In this document: positions 13,090 to 26,640 of the stretch, one piece after another
Numbering within the stretch: the stretch's first letter is position 1
Layout: the number at the start of each line of letters is the position of its first letter
Source of the DNA: Carcharhinus amblyrhynchos
Taxonomy: Eukaryota
NCBI GenBank assembly: GCA_965287045.1
Contig: OZ336876.1
Coordinates: 50,282,001 to 50,346,000, forward strand
Direction: 5' to 3'
DNA length: 64,000 nucleotides
Position numbers and translations under genes: made by a program
Notes under the pieces: model-generated
Databases searched by the model: none
Seen by the model: the letters and a program-made list of their open reading frames with translations, nothing else
Told to the model about the DNA's origin: nothing

Positions 13090-13967
13090 TGTGGGAAATA
13101 CATTGTGGGATTACCTGAGCAACACTGCTTCCAATGCACGCGACACACAAACTGCATTTGTTTGCAGCCAAAGTTATGCGTGCTAATTCGAACCTGGGTC
13201 CTGTGGCCAAACGGGCCGCTTAAGATGGTGGTTTGCAAGAGCATGCTGGGATAATTGGAAAACACTGAAACAGACAGGCTGCAGCCTCAAAAGAAATTGG
13301 ATCGAGATAAAAAGGCTGCATCTGCAGACGTTGGAATACACTGGATATAGGCCATCTCAAGGACAAAGGACACTTTCTGGTCAAGCTGGGTTGTTTACCA
13401 GAAACAGGAGCGCTTTAACCCTGGTTTTGGGAGGGAGGTATGTGACCTATGTGCCTCCAGCACCTACAGACATGACCGTTGGGTACACACCCAGAGATCG
13501 GTGTGGCAGCACCTAGTTGGACTTTATCGATCAGGGTGCTCAAGCCCTGATCGAATGATTGGCAATGGCCAAAAAGGGCACAAAATCAAAGAGATATAGA
13601 GGATGCTGCACACAGAAGAATCTCTCTCCCAATGAATGAACCACAACAACAACCGTCGCCAGCAATGACTAGCATGAGGAGAGCCACCTCACCAAAAATG
13701 GAAGGAAGACCAGAGCCAGAGTATCAGACTAAGCTAGGCAGAGGATAACGAAGACTAATACGTGGATAAAGACCAATATCTGCCTGGGTACTTGCCAGTT
13801 ATGTGAAAGTTAAGTCAAGGTCTAGTTTTGGACTTGAACTTTAGTATTCTGCAAGATAACTTAGCATTGATTGGGTGGGTGATTAATAATTGTGTGTGAG
13901 GATAAATATTATTGTACTAACAAGAAGTCTGCTCACAATTCTTTGTAAACATATAAGGGTTAAAACA
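13090..13967 (+). mobile_element. Probable solo LTR (retroviral or Gypsy type)
   Basis: TG...CA ends, retained CpGs, a 10-bp hairpin at 13527-13554, ATTGG (CCAAT) at ~13558 and a TATA-like gatataga at ~13594 followed by a CT-rich tract. No TSD found. Confidence 0.45.
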
Positions 13968-13984
13968 GACTGTATGAATGGTGC

Positions 13985-14062
13985 AGCAACAGTCCCCAGA
14001 ACATTATCTGAGTTTCTGGATTAATAGCCTAGCAATAATACCACTAGGCCATCACCTCCCCT
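13985..14062 (-). mobile_element. tRNA-derived SINE head fragment
   Basis: The reverse complement ggggaggtgatggcctagtggtattattgctaggctattaatccaga is homologous to the SINE head at ~49020-49100. Confidence 0.6.
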
Positions 14063-14229
14063 TTAAAGCTAGCCAGCACTTCTTAAAGCCAGCTTGAACG
14101 TTTTGAAGGAGCAGTGCAGTTCAGGTTGAAACAGGAGCCAGAAGTCTTTCTAAAACTGATTTTGACATGGTGAACACTGAATAATAACACAACACAGTAG
14201 ATAGTAAGTTCCACTGAAGGCCTTGTTGT

Positions 14230-14720
14230 GATAAGTGTCACATGTCAAGCTAGAGGGTCTGGATACAATGCCACAAGAAGTTCAACAACTTCACACCAAC
14301 AGTCAAAGTCAGTGAATCTATTTTCAAATGCCACAGCCTAAATGTACCACTAGCCTCGCACACTGTTCAATTCACCACCCACTCAACACACATCTACCAA
14401 TAATCACTGTCCGTCACAATTCATCCCTCATATTCATAGCTTCACCTCACATCCAGACAACTGAAAACATCACATACCACCAGCTATTTAACCAAGACAC
14501 CCATTCAAACACACTGCACTTCATTCATTAACACTTCCCTCTCTTTTGCAGGATTAAAGTGGTACATAACCAGAGGCAGCAGCAACAGCTAACCAGCAGA
14601 TGATAGGCACAGCTGTGGGTCCTTACCCCAAGAGGAGGTCATCAATTGGGCAGCCCATGGCTGAGATGGTGGCCATAATGGGGCTGAAAAACCATTCAGT
14701 ACCCACACAAGACCCTCTTC
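14230..14720 (+). pseudogene. Degenerate, intron-containing Myb/SANT-like (Harbinger ORF2-type) gene relic
   Basis: 14260-14307 reads WIQCHKKFNNFTPTVK. Donor gtcagt at 14308, acceptor ctcttttgcag ending at 14551, then (with a frameshift) KVVHNQRQQQQLT. Resembles the 'W.QCRKKFNDL...KVAHN' trihelix pattern. Confidence 0.5.
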
Positions 14721-15499
14721 CCCCATCCACTTCAACTTCATCAATTTTTTCTTATTTACAAGCTACACTTGGTGTAAACATGCACTTTTTGCTTATCCAC
14801 TCTCCTCCCAAATACCCTATCTTGTGCTGTTCTTCTTTCAGACATCTTAGAACCATGACTCCATTTGAGAAGATAGTTATCATTCAGTGCCTTGCTGAAA
14901 AGTCCAGATACATGTCAGAGCTATCTTTATCCAAGCTGCTGCTTAGCTCCTTAAGTGATTCAAACCAGTTTTTGAGCCATGATTTTATTTTCCAGAAGCT
15001 TTGCTGTAGGTCTTTGATAATCCTGTACTCTGCCCTGGTCTCTAATCATTGATTCTCACAACTTTCCAAAAAAATGGAGTTAGGCTAACAGATCTAAAAT
15101 CACCTACTTCCGACCTGATGCCACTTTCAAAACTTGGTATAACATCCCACCCTCTCTGATATAGGAAGTCTAATCAAACATATATGACTAATTAAATTGG
15201 TATATTGAAAGGGCTCATTGCTGGACCATATCTGGAATGGCAATTATCTTATAGCTACATATGCTGCTTCACAGTCATGGCCACTGCCCTATAGTCATGT
15301 ATAACTGCCTGTTGTTACACACACTGCCCCTAAGTGACATGCACTACTTGGTTATGCATACCATTTCATTGCCAAGCACATTATCAATTGTGCACTCATT
15401 CACTCTGCACAATATTTATGAGGTTTTATACTAATATATTGAACATTAAAAAAAACCTTGGTCTAGATTATGACCGCAATGATGAAGAGATGATGCTCA

Positions 15500-15672
15500 C
15501 CGCTGACCTTGAAGAAAGCTTTCCAGAAAGATGTAATAAGCTCTGTGACATGGATTTCTTCTTTCCTGTTGTTAATGTTATTCTGGTGCCAGATTCCGGG
15601 GATCTCTGGCTTCCAGTAACAGTCATGTCATCAACCAGACTAACTAGCTTAGTTGAAGACACTCACAGACAC
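15500..15672 (-). other. Candidate exon of an unidentified minus-strand gene (5' UTR or first coding exon)
   Basis: Acceptor ttgttaccttctggtttag| and donor gcg|gtgagc. Open frame MTVTGSQRSPESGTRITLTTGKKKSMSQSLLHLSGKLSSRSA up to the donor. The protein is not recognised. Confidence 0.3.
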
Positions 15673-15749
15673 TAAACCAGAAGGTAACAAGCAGATTTGA
15701 TTCTCACTATTTTTCATCTAATTTTACATAAAGTTAAATGAAGATTGGG

Positions 15750-16200
15750 ATGTAGAAATGGGATTAAAGTATCTTAAACTTTTAATTTTTTTAGCATTTA
15801 AAAAATCTACTTTTTTTTATTTACTATGGAATGGAGAAATTTGACTTCCACAAATATAAAGTTAGGTTTCACAGCCAGAGGGGTATTTCAGCAGTAACTA
15901 TGACTTAGTACGGTGTTAAAAACCCAATTACATCTCCATCAACAAGGCATTTTCAAGGGTTTTCACAGCATGAAAAAAAGTCGTATAAGTGGAAGATCAT
16001 GTCAATTAATGCTCAAGCCCTCACTGGTTACCATCTGTGAATACTTCAACAGCACACCATGTGGCAGAGTGGGCCATCACTGGCAACAACCGTATTTACC
16101 TGTACAGGTGCAGGTGCCAGAATTAACTGTCAGCTTCACACAATAATTGTGGAAAGAACTCACATTCCTGTCATCATTATAACTGCAAAGTTCAGGCCAT
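15750..16200. repeat. Old dispersed repeat, inverted homolog of 21420-22080
   Basis: ttccacaaatataaagttaggtttc...cagcagtaactatgacttagtacggtgttaaaaaccca aligns by eye to the reverse complement of 21663-21754. Confidence 0.6.
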
Positions 16201-17854
16201 GAGTACATTTGCAGCACTGTGTATATTGCACAATTGGTAAATTAATTCCAGTAGAGGTGAATGTAGAATGTTAAATTTTAGAAGGAATATTACATTTTAA
16301 AAGGAAGAATAAGGAATGCTTTGAAACTAAAAGTCTAAATGTGGCAAAGGAGCAATAGAATCAAAGTGTACAAATCCAGATATTATTAAAAATACTGACA
16401 CATGCAGCCAGGTTCAGTTTCTGTGCTGTCACTTTTATGAATCAATAATGCATCATCAGTAAGTAGAACTCTGCAAGGATTTTGGTGCACTGATTATTAT
16501 AAAGGTTACAAGTAAAATCAAACATAATTAACCCAGAAATAAACCACTCATCTATCAGCCTTAATTATGGTATATACTGCACACAGAATGCCTCTGTAGC
16601 CAATTGAAAATTATCTTTCAAGAAATTTACAACAATAATATGAGAAAAGAATCTTAGATGTACCTGTGAAACCCCGGCAGAAACGCACAGAGACTCTGGA
16701 ATGTTCAACTGAGCAGCAAAATACATTTGAACATTCACTAAAATGGTAACAATTATAACTTCACCCACTCTCTAAGCCTAAATATAGGTTTCGTGCAAAA
16801 CAGATGGCACTCCAGATGGCATGAACCTGGATTTCTGCTTGTTTATATTAAAAAACTAAAGATAGCAATACAATGAAATGTCACACCCACATAGCATTTT
16901 ATGAATGGAATATTTGTCAAATAATTTTTGTAAAGCTGTAAATTAATTACAGTGATGCCTACAAAATACACTGTATGCTGGTTAACTTTGTTAATGTTGG
17001 AATGGTGCTGCAGTAGGGTTCATGTTCACAGCTGATAATTAAAAGCAGCTGTCCCCAAGTGGGGAAGTGTTCGGGCTTCATTACAGGAGTATAAAAGCGG
17101 GGGAATTGTCTGTTTATTCTGCAGCATAGGATATAAATCAGCCTTAAGATAGGAACTGGCTTCAGACAAGAAACTGTGCTCTTTATACAACAATAGATAA
17201 TTAATTTAGCAAACTTTTGTGAGTTACATTTTGTTTAATGAACGTCATCACGCGTCAAGGTGCACACTGCCAACTACATGCCACCCTAACAACTGAAAAA
17301 AGATACTTTATACATTTAAGAGAGACTAGGCTGTGCTACAATATAATCTGTTCACTAATCGGGTTTTGATCTCATGATTTACAACATGCTCCACACCCCT
17401 TGATTAGATTACAACCTTGGCTCATTTTCAGGTGTTTGCAATTCACAGGTAAGTTTTAAACAGTACTCCAAATTGAATTTAAAGAGACAAGTTCCAATTA
17501 ATAAAACAGGCCAGTGGAAAGGTTTAAAACATTAACAGTGGACAGTATACTACTGGTGGGCTAGTCAATTCAGTTGGCAGCACCGCAGTGTGTGGATCAG
17601 ATTAGTGTCAACAACACAGAGTTTGATTCTCCTATTACCACAGAGGTGCATTTGGACTTGTCTCCTCACCCCAACTGTATTAAAAATACAGCACTTTGCC
17701 TTGCTTTGGGGAATAATCGCCAAGAATCTGCTTTCAGTCAGAGAACTGAAGCAGCCTACAACTGCATGATGTTAGCCAACAGAGAAATGCAACCAGATGG
17801 AAATTATAAAACAGCAGGGTTGAACAAGGATTTTTGTTTTGGTCCTGGAACAGG

Positions 17855-18590
17855 AGTGTTGCTGGAAAGATCAACATTTGTTGCCCATAACTAATTGCTT
17901 GAGAAGGTAGTGGTGAGCTGCTGCATCTTGAACTGTTACAGGCATGTGCTGTAGGAACACCCACGGTGTTGGTAGGAAGGGAGTTCCAGGATTTTGATCT
18001 GACAATGAAAGAACAGTGATATATTTCCAATTCAGCATGGTGTGTGGCTTGGAGGAGGACATGCAGGTGGTGGTGTTCCCATGCATCTGCTGCCTTTGTC
18101 CTTCTAAGTGATAAAGGTCGCAGATTTAGAAAGTAATCTCAAAGGAGACTTGATGGTTTACTGCAGTGAATCTTGTAAATGGTACACACTACTGCCACTG
18201 TACATCAGTGATGGAGGAAATCATTTTTTATGGTGGTGGGATAGGATTCCGACCAAGCAGCTGCTTGGACCTGGAGAGAGTAAAGCTTCTTCAGGGTTGT
18301 TTAGGAGTGGAGAATATTCCATTACACTCCTTACTTTTTAAAAATTCTTTCACAGGATGTGGGTGATTCCAGCTAGGACAGCATTTTGTTGCCCATCTCT
18401 AATTGGAAAACGATGGTGAGTCACCTTCCAGCATTGCAGCAGTCCACGAGCTGTAGGCGTGTCTCTTAGATGGTGGACAGATTTCTGTGGAGTCAGGAGC
18501 TGAGTTATCTGCCACAGGATTCTCAGCTGCTCTTGAACCACAGTATTATATGGCTGGTCCAATCACATTTCTGGTCAATTCTAACTCTCA
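17855..18590 (-). mobile_element. Two adjacent L2/CR1-clade LINE 3' ends
   Basis: Each starts with catt(t)gttgcccat...ctaattg...gaaggtggtgagc. Reverse homologs of 43760-44440. Confidence 0.7.
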
Positions 18591-18796
18591 AGATAGGAAG
18601 GCATTAGAAAGTGTGCAGAAAAGATTATGAGATTGGTTCCATGGTTGAGTGGAGGTGATTTGATAGAGCTTTTTAAAATATCATGAGTGGTCTGCCCAGT
18701 TTTGGGTTGCTAGATTTGTTCTGAATCTATCCAAAGTTGACCTAGTGCTAGAGGGTTCAGATTCAGTTTGGTCCAGCACTCAGAATTATTGGAATA

Positions 18797-19015
18797 AAAG
18801 CAAAATAGTGCAGATGCTGGAAATATGAAATAAAAACAGGGAATGTTGAGGGTGGAAAGGAAACACAGCAGGTATGGCAGCATCTGTTGAGAGAAAAAGT
18901 TCACACTTCAGATCAGTATGACTCTGAAGAAGAGTCATACAAACTCAAAACATTAACTTTCTTTCTGTTGCCACAGACTCTGCCAGACTCACTGAGTTTT
19001 ATGACATTTCCTATC
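18797..19015. mobile_element. Old fold-back Penelope-derived element (family B) with decayed hammerhead
   Basis: Central perfect hairpin gtatgactct/agagtcatac (18916-18940). Core CTGAAGA-A-GAGT..ACTC-AAAA-CATT (GAAA and CG lost, consistent with CpG decay). The outer arms are degenerate inverted copies. Confidence 0.65.
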
Positions 19016-19153
19016 TTAGTATCTCAGATTTACTGGGAACTCAAATAACAACCTCATTTGTTTCAAATGTATTCTTGTGTTAAAAACAGCTGAAATAATT
19101 ATCTGTCTCTCTTGCTACTGGTTGCATTCAATCTGTTAGGTTTTCACTTGGAT

Positions 19154-19255
19154 GCAAAATATTGCTGCTGCTGGAAATCTGATATGATAACAGCAAATCT
19201 GAAATATTCAATAGGTCTGGCAGCATTGGTGGAGAAACAGAGTTAGCATTTCAGT
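19154..19255 (-). mobile_element. Family B PLE 3' end, single arm
   Basis: gcaaaatattgctgctgctggaaatctga...ggtctggcagcattggtggagaaacagagttagcatttcag matches the left arms at 18797 and 63847. Confidence 0.6.
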
Positions 19256-21419
19256 TCTGCGATGCTAAGGATCAGTAGTGCACAGATATTTATCAGTAAA
19301 GTAACTTATATGAAGGGATAGGTTTAATGGTAGATGATGGATATTTGTACTCCTAAAGCTTGGGATCATTGGGACACTGGGGTGTTGGAGTAGTGTTGAC
19401 TGTAAACTAAAGTCAATAAACTCTCTCCAGCAAAGAAGCTTCTGTGTTTTAATTCTGACTTAACTAATGGCCGTGGATCAGTTAACAACTTCAGAGGATG
19501 ATGTCAGTATTAGGGAAAAAAAGAAAAATTGGAAATAAGTCAATAATTTGGAGGATGCCAGAGCTTTCAGGAAGAAGTCAGGAGTGAGAAGAAAATACAA
19601 ATATTATGTTGCAGGTATTGAACTTTATGCAGGTGGAATCACTATTACTTACAAAGAGATTTACATTTAGTACCCTCCATTACTACATTAGCAACTATAA
19701 AGATTTCAAAGAATCTGGGAAGGATACTGGGTCAGTGGAGAACCAATCCACTTCAACTGCTGTACTGTGCTAGACTCACTAGCTCCTTGCTGTTTATTTA
19801 AATTGGCAACCGCTCTCTAATGCAGCACCTAAGCTGCACTCCAACCACAAAGCACCCATCTGGGCTATCGACTGAAAAGCAATTTGCATTTATGAAAAAT
19901 ACCCAATGATGACTATCTGTTGCCCCCACCTCCATCATTCAAGTGTCAGGCTCCCATGATCTATGTTTGGTGCCCTTCTACAACCTTGTAGTCTAATACT
20001 ATGCTCTTGGTAACTTGGCACTAGGAGTGAAGCACAATGAGCAAATATGTTGACCTGGAGTTGTGAGGCCCTTTTAACACCCACCTATGTAGATATAGCA
20101 CGTTGGATAGGAGTTAATACAAAAGGAATGGAAGTCACATGTTTGAAAGGTATCTATTTATGTAATACTATATCATGTTGTCGCCGAATCTCCAACCTGC
20201 TCAACACAATTAATTATTTTTAGCAACTGTCTGGCAACTTTTACTCACTTTAAAAAGTTCAGTATTCCTAAATGTAGGTCAGAATCAATGCAGCTTTGGC
20301 CCTTGATATTTTCAACCTGCAAGAGCAAAGTATGACTAAACTTACCTTGCATTCCACTGACCATCAATGAGCAAAATTCAAGGTTGACTTCCAGTTTTGT
20401 CTAGATTTTCTTATCCCAAATATTTTTCTGCTGGAAAACTAAGCATCTTTGCTTTGTAAATGGATTGTTTTTTCTGCTTATAATTGTTCATGATGTGATA
20501 ATTCTTTTGCTTTGAAAACGTTTGTACTTATTGTTGAAGTGTCCAAGCATCCTTACGATGGAGGATTTCTGCCAACAGTAACAAACACTAGGAAGTCAGT
20601 TAAAGTATTCAATCTAATCCTGCGGTACAATGTTTACAAAACTGCACTTTTGCAATTTATGACATGATATGACTTATCTGGTTGGGCTCTTGGCCTTGCT
20701 GCTCACAGCAACATATCTATTATTCAATATCTTTGCTTATATTGCAGCAGAGAATTATTTTTGAAGCTATATAAATAATTAATGAAAACAGCACTTTGTG
20801 GAGTGCTGTTTTATTATTGAAAGATTTAATAATAAAAATGGAAGATAATTATCTCAAGATAAACCACGGGCAATTAAATAAGTAGGCCATAGAAGATCAA
20901 ATCATATCATATAAATGTAACACCAAGACATATTAAGATTAGGGAACACCTTATGCAGGTCAAGGTTCTTATTCGGAAGGTACTTTTATATTAATGTTTG
21001 TATTTAGATTACAAGAAAGCAGTGTCGAAATACTGGCAATGCATGTTAATACTGCTAAAAGCATCTCCCATTTCCTGACAGCACGTTAGACCCATCGGGA
21101 TAACAAAACCCATTTTACAGTGTGAACACAGGCATATGTAGATAACTGACTTTTATAGAACATGCCCTACTTTTGTTCCATTGAAAATTGCTGAATGAAA
21201 AATCAGGCAGGTGCTATAAAGGAGAAACAACCATATCAATTGAACCACCATTCAGGTTTCAAAAGCCAACTTGTGAATTTTTACCACAAATGGACTGTAC
21301 CATGGTGCAATGACCTGTACAGCATTAGAAACACTCAATTTGATAAATCAACACATTAACAGTACAAAAAAGGTCATGGTTAACGGTTATTTGGCCTATC
21401 GAACCCACACTTAATTGTA

Positions 21420-22080
21420 GCCTTAACGTGCGCAATTTAGCATTAGGCTGCAGTCATGGCATTTCCAATGTCTTGGATTTTGCAAAATTATTCATCACCA
21501 TTACCCCTCTGAAGCTGACAACTCTTTTCCAAATTTGCACTTGTGCAGAGTAACCAGAAGTTACATCCTCAAGTAGGAATCACCGAAGTAACCCAGGGCT
21601 TACCCTTTTATGCTATTGATCTTGCTGTAAAAACTCCTTGAAAAAGTTACACCTTATTGAATGAGGTATTACTGGGTTTGGAAATGACATACTAATTTCA
21701 TAACTACTGCTAATCACTTTCACGGATTTGGAAAACTAAATTTATATTTGTGGACTATAAAATTTCACCACTAAGATTATAATATTAACATTGTTGAAAT
21801 GATGTTTCTTTATTAAAATATCTGACCTTTCTGCTTTAGTCTTAATTGCAGCTTATGTCCCAATTATTCAATTAGGTATTGTGCTCTAAGTGAAATTCAG
21901 TGAATTTATTTCCTGGTATGTGAGAATGCTTCAATGTGACTGGCTGCTTATCCTGTTTGATGACAATTATTGCTGAACACTAGGATACACTCTTAACTTG
22001 GTGTTAGATTAAAAATGGCAATGGGAAAGGGGAAATGCATGCCATAGAGATCACTCAAATTTTGTGGGTAGTTCTTTTGA
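21420..22080. repeat. Old dispersed repeat, inverted homolog of 15750-16200
   Basis: ctgggtttggaaatgacatactaatttcataactactgctaat...aaactaaatttatatttgtgga is the reverse complement counterpart of 15847-15936. Confidence 0.55.
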
Positions 22081-22409
22081 AGTCAGTGCAAGTCCTCAAT
22101 GCAAATTACTCTGCTGCTGCACATGAAATCCATACCATATTTTTGTTCTATATACAAAATGTTCACAATCTTTATTCCTACATCAGATTTGTATTTATTT
22201 TCCACTAATTTGATTTTGGTTTTCTAACCCTATTTTCTGACTTAATTTGAAGCAATATCATAGATTTATTTTATTGAATTCACTTCATGTTTTATAAACA
22301 GCAATGAAGATTCTCCTAAAGTACCTTATTTCCACATGCATGTGAGTAGATCTACCTTTGAATTGTAGCATATCTGTGGCTGAAGTTATTATTTAGACAG
22401 AATGAAATA

Positions 22410-22722
22410 GGGCAGCATGGTGGCACAGTGGTTAGCACTGCTGCCTCACTGCACCAGGGTCTGAGGTTCAATTCCTGGCTTGGGTCATTGTCTGTGTGGA
22501 GTCTGCACATTCTCCCTGTGTTTATGTGGGTTTGCTCCGGATGCTCCAATTACCTCCTACAGTCTGAAAGATGTGCTGGTTGGGTGCATCTGCAATGCTA
22601 AATTCTCCCTCAGTGTACCCGAACAGGCGCTGCAGTGCAGCGACTAGGGGTTTTCACAGTAGCTTCATTGCAATGTTAATGTAAGCCTACCTGCAAACTA
22701 ATTGACACTAATAAATAAACTT
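22410..22722 (+). mobile_element. V-SINE with alternative (non-CR1) 3' tail
   Basis: Same tRNA head and V domain as 5204. The tail is ttttcacagtagcttcattgcaatgttaatgtaagcctac...gacactaataaataaactt. Confidence 0.85.
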
Positions 22723-23909
22723 AAAAATTTAAACTTAATCATTAAATATGTCTACTTGGTTCACAGTGGCTTTATTCAGCCAGCAGGCAAAAGAGTTGGC
22801 CAATGGCCAAAGATAAATTTAGGAGGAATCACGAGGAAGGCAACAAAATAATTTTGCACGGAGGAGAAATTAAGGGGCACATTGTGATAAACTAGATGTC
22901 CTAATGTTTCCCACTGTGTGTTGTGAAGACTTGGTTCAATATAAAATAATTAATCCAAGATTAATTCTTACTTAGCCTTGTACGGGTGATGACACTGTTC
23001 TAATGTTTTGCTTGATGGTTCGTGTTTCTTATTTCTTCCCAGTGTCCAATTAACAAGAGTGAAATATTAAAGTTTTGGTAATTTTGGTCTAAAATATCAT
23101 TTTTCTGTGCAAGGAATTCTGGCAAATATTACCATATTAAACGGTGGAAAACTGTGTTGCTCCGACTTGCTAGAGTTTTTGGCAATTCAGATGGAGAGTG
23201 TACAGAATAAGAGAATTTAACATCAAGTTATGTTAAGTCCCAACACAACTATTCAAGTCAGAACAGCCTTGCCAGGAAATCAATTTAAGAATTGGATTCC
23301 GCCAACATGGGGTCTAGAAGCAGTTCCCTCTGGCAAACTATTGACTGATCAATCAATAACTGACTAACGCCAAAAGAATAGCTCATTGATGAATAAGTGA
23401 ATGCATTTTGGGTAGAAAAGTCACATTTATGACTTCGGCTTATTGGGCTCAAGTATCACATTCCTGTGTTTATCCGTGAGCTGCACTATGAAATAGTGCA
23501 CTATGTATTCTTATATCGGACTGAGGCTGCTCAAAATTATTTCATAATTTCACACTTTGCATACCGAACAGGTCAGTCCAATTTCTTCAGACTGCATTTA
23601 AAGCTAAAGTGTCAAGACATGTTCTAATTCAATGCATCAGCAAGTCCAAATCAATTTCTGAAATGATTGAACTGATCATGAACTTGGGTTGTTGAACAAG
23701 AATCCATCTTCTACACTGCCCCTAATGTGCATTCATTTTTCAGGCCACATCATGAGAGATCAAGACCATGCGAAGGGGGTCTATATTTTTATGTAACTTG
23801 AAAACAAATATAAACATTTAGGTTAACATTAAGGGAAAAAAAAATCAGACTGTAATTTTGGAAGTGCAAAGAAAATCTCCAGTTATGCAATTCTCCAAAG
23901 ATTTATTGG

Positions 23910-24215
23910 AGAGAATTTAGATTTATCTAGTGCTAAATCATTTCTTCAGCACATCCCAAGCTTTTCACCACAAACCAATTACTTTTGAGGTGGGCTAATT
24001 GTCTTAGGTAAGCAAATGCTCCACAAACAGAAAGAAGATAACCAACCTGTTAAATTGGTTTTAGTGATCAGCACAGAGTGTTGGCTAAAACAATACACTG
24101 TTCAAGTTGTGCCATGAGATGTTTTTACTTCAAATTAGGACCTAGCATCTCCAATACTGCTGCAATCCCTCATTATTGCACAGTGGTGTCAGTTGAGAGT
24201 ATATGGTTGGATCAT
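23910..24215 (-). mobile_element. Decayed Deu-SINE (SacSINE1/AmnSINE1-like)
   Basis: acatcccaag...ccaattacttttgaggtg, ctccacaaacag and gcatctccaatactgctgcaatccctca match the reverse of 42995-43330. Confidence 0.55.
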
Positions 24216-25099
24216 GTCGTGGAAGTTAAAAATGCACACTATCTTGAGTCAGCAGCACCAATGCCATCAATTGAATCAAACCAATATTGTAATCATGTGA
24301 ACAAAACTGACCAAATATGGCACACGTGCATTGACGAAGTTGCCCAATGCAAAGAACTAGATTGTAAAATGATTCTGGAACATCTCATGCATGAAAATTA
24401 GAACCTGCCACTTATTTGGCAAACTCGACCTGCTACAGCAAAAAGCATTTGCTCAAGAAAATACAGATTTTCAAATAACCTGAAACTCTTAATTAGTAGA
24501 AAAGTGAAAATTGGAACCAAAATATGCACACAGTACATTCCAAGAGCCATAAAGAGTACGCAAGTGAAAACACAACTCAATCCAGTAACTGCTCATAGAT
24601 AATTTTTATTAAACATTTATCTGGATTGTTTACACTCTCTATTGTTTACATTCTCTCTGTATGCACATCCTCTGCTTTAAAGTATGCCTAACAGTACACT
24701 CCACGCTTGTTCATTAGAAGCCAGAAAATAAATTGTAATTTTTTTTCAGATCCACTATATCTAGCTGCTTTCATCATTCCCTGACATTTAATCCATTTTT
24801 AAAAATTTTCTAGCCAAAATTAACATCAGCAATATCTTTTCAGTGTTATTTCTATTATTTTAGTTTAAAAATCTTCTAATTCATCATTTTTCTCATTCAA
24901 CTAAATTTCATTATATATGTAGCACCCTTTCAAAAGAAAACCCAATCACCTCTCCAGTGGCCTTCTTGGATTCAGTGTCTATTTTCCACATATTGCTAAG
25001 CAAGAAAAAAAACTTTAGCGGCATTGACACTACAAGCATCATGATTGTTACAGTTCTACCTCACTACAGAGTCCAAAGATAACTTGATTCTTGAGGGAA

Positions 25100-25990
25100 T
25101 AACAACATTTGTGTAGTGCATTTAACACAGAGAAACAAGACGAGTCAAATTTGGCACTGACCCACATAAGGAGATACTAGAATGGATGACCAAAAACTTA
25201 GTCAAAGTGACAGGCTTTCAGGGGCGTCTTAACAAAGCAGAGAGAGGTTAGAGGGAGGGAATTCCAGAGCTTGGGGCCTAGGCAAGTAAAGGCCTGGCCA
25301 CCAATGACAGAGTGATTAGAATTAGTCATACACAAGAGGCCAAAACTGGAGGAGTACAGATATTTGGGAGAGTGCAGGCTGAAGGAGACTACAGAAACAG
25401 AGGGATGAAAATAGAGGGACTTGAAAGCAAGGATGATAATTTTATTGCTGAATTACAAATGAATGTAGTTCAGCAAGCATGGGGCCGACATGTGAACATA
25501 ACTCGGTACTAGTTAGGATGCAAATGGCACAATTTGGGATCATTCCAATTTTATATGGGGTGGAAGATGTCAAGAATGCATTGGAATAGTCACAACTAAC
25601 AAGGGTATATCTGAGGGTTCAAATAGATGAGCTGAGGCAGTTTATGGAATGGAGCCGGAAATTACTGACAGAGTATTAGGAAACTAATCACGGAATCAAA
25701 TATGACACCAAAGTGCCAAACATTCTAATTCGGCCTCAGACAGTGGCCATGGCGAAAGATGGCATTGTGGCTAGGAATTTAACTTTGTGGCAGGGATCAA
25801 AGACAGTAACTTCAGTTTTCTCCAATATTTAGTTGGAAGGAATTTCTGTTTGTCCAATTTGGGGTGTCAATATAGCAGTGTGAGAAATCAGATCCAGTGG
25901 AGGGGGTTGAGAGCTGGTGGTGAGGGAGAGATGTTTACATCAGTGAGCCTGTAAAACCTGATATATTTTAGTTTGATGTCACTGAAGTGG
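25100..25990 (-). mobile_element. L2-clade LINE 3' portion
   Basis: gggagggaattccagagcttggggcctagg (antisense of the 'P.LWNSLP' motif) and cagtaacttcagttttctccaatatttagttggaagg (antisense of 'LQLNIGKTEV'). Confidence 0.75.
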
Positions 25991-26640
25991 AAGAGGGGAG
26001 TCTCAATTCTCTTTGGTTCAGAGCAACATTCCCTCCAAGTGTGCAAATTCCCCCACTTAAGTTAACTCGCATGCATGGCTGCACATTGAAATGAACAGGC
26101 CGCAAACAAAAAAAAATTAAAGGGCGCTTTGGTCCATAATTAGGTCAGATCTAACAAGCAATTCTGTACTGCACTAATTCATTGTTGTGGCGAAACTCAA
26201 AACACTTAACACTCCTGCCAATCTTGGAATGTAAATGTGCCCCAAGCATTCCACCTTTCACTACCAGCCTGACTTTATGATTGCACCCATGCAACTTCAA
26301 CTTGTTTGAAACTTATTTTAACCTTCGTTTAAACTTTTTTCATCATTTCTCTTGTATGCTGCTCAAATAAACTTATTTTACCTCACTATTTTGTGCATTA
26401 TTCACACCAAAACAATTTTTTAAGAAGCTCCTTTACGATTTACTTCATTTTCCAAAATTTTGTCAACCTGTAAGACAATTTTGCCTTTTTCAATATCTCC
26501 TGTAATTTATCTTATGTGGGATCTATTCCTTGTGTAATTTAGACTTGCGACTATTTTCCACTCATCCTGAACCCATCTTTCATACCATCTGAATTACAAT
26601 TATAATAAATTAATCACAAACCATGGCTGATGGAAACAAG

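Noticed and set aside
15478-15506. C/D box snoRNA (ATGATGA...CTGA)
   Set aside because: The boxes are only ~18 nt apart and there is no terminal stem.
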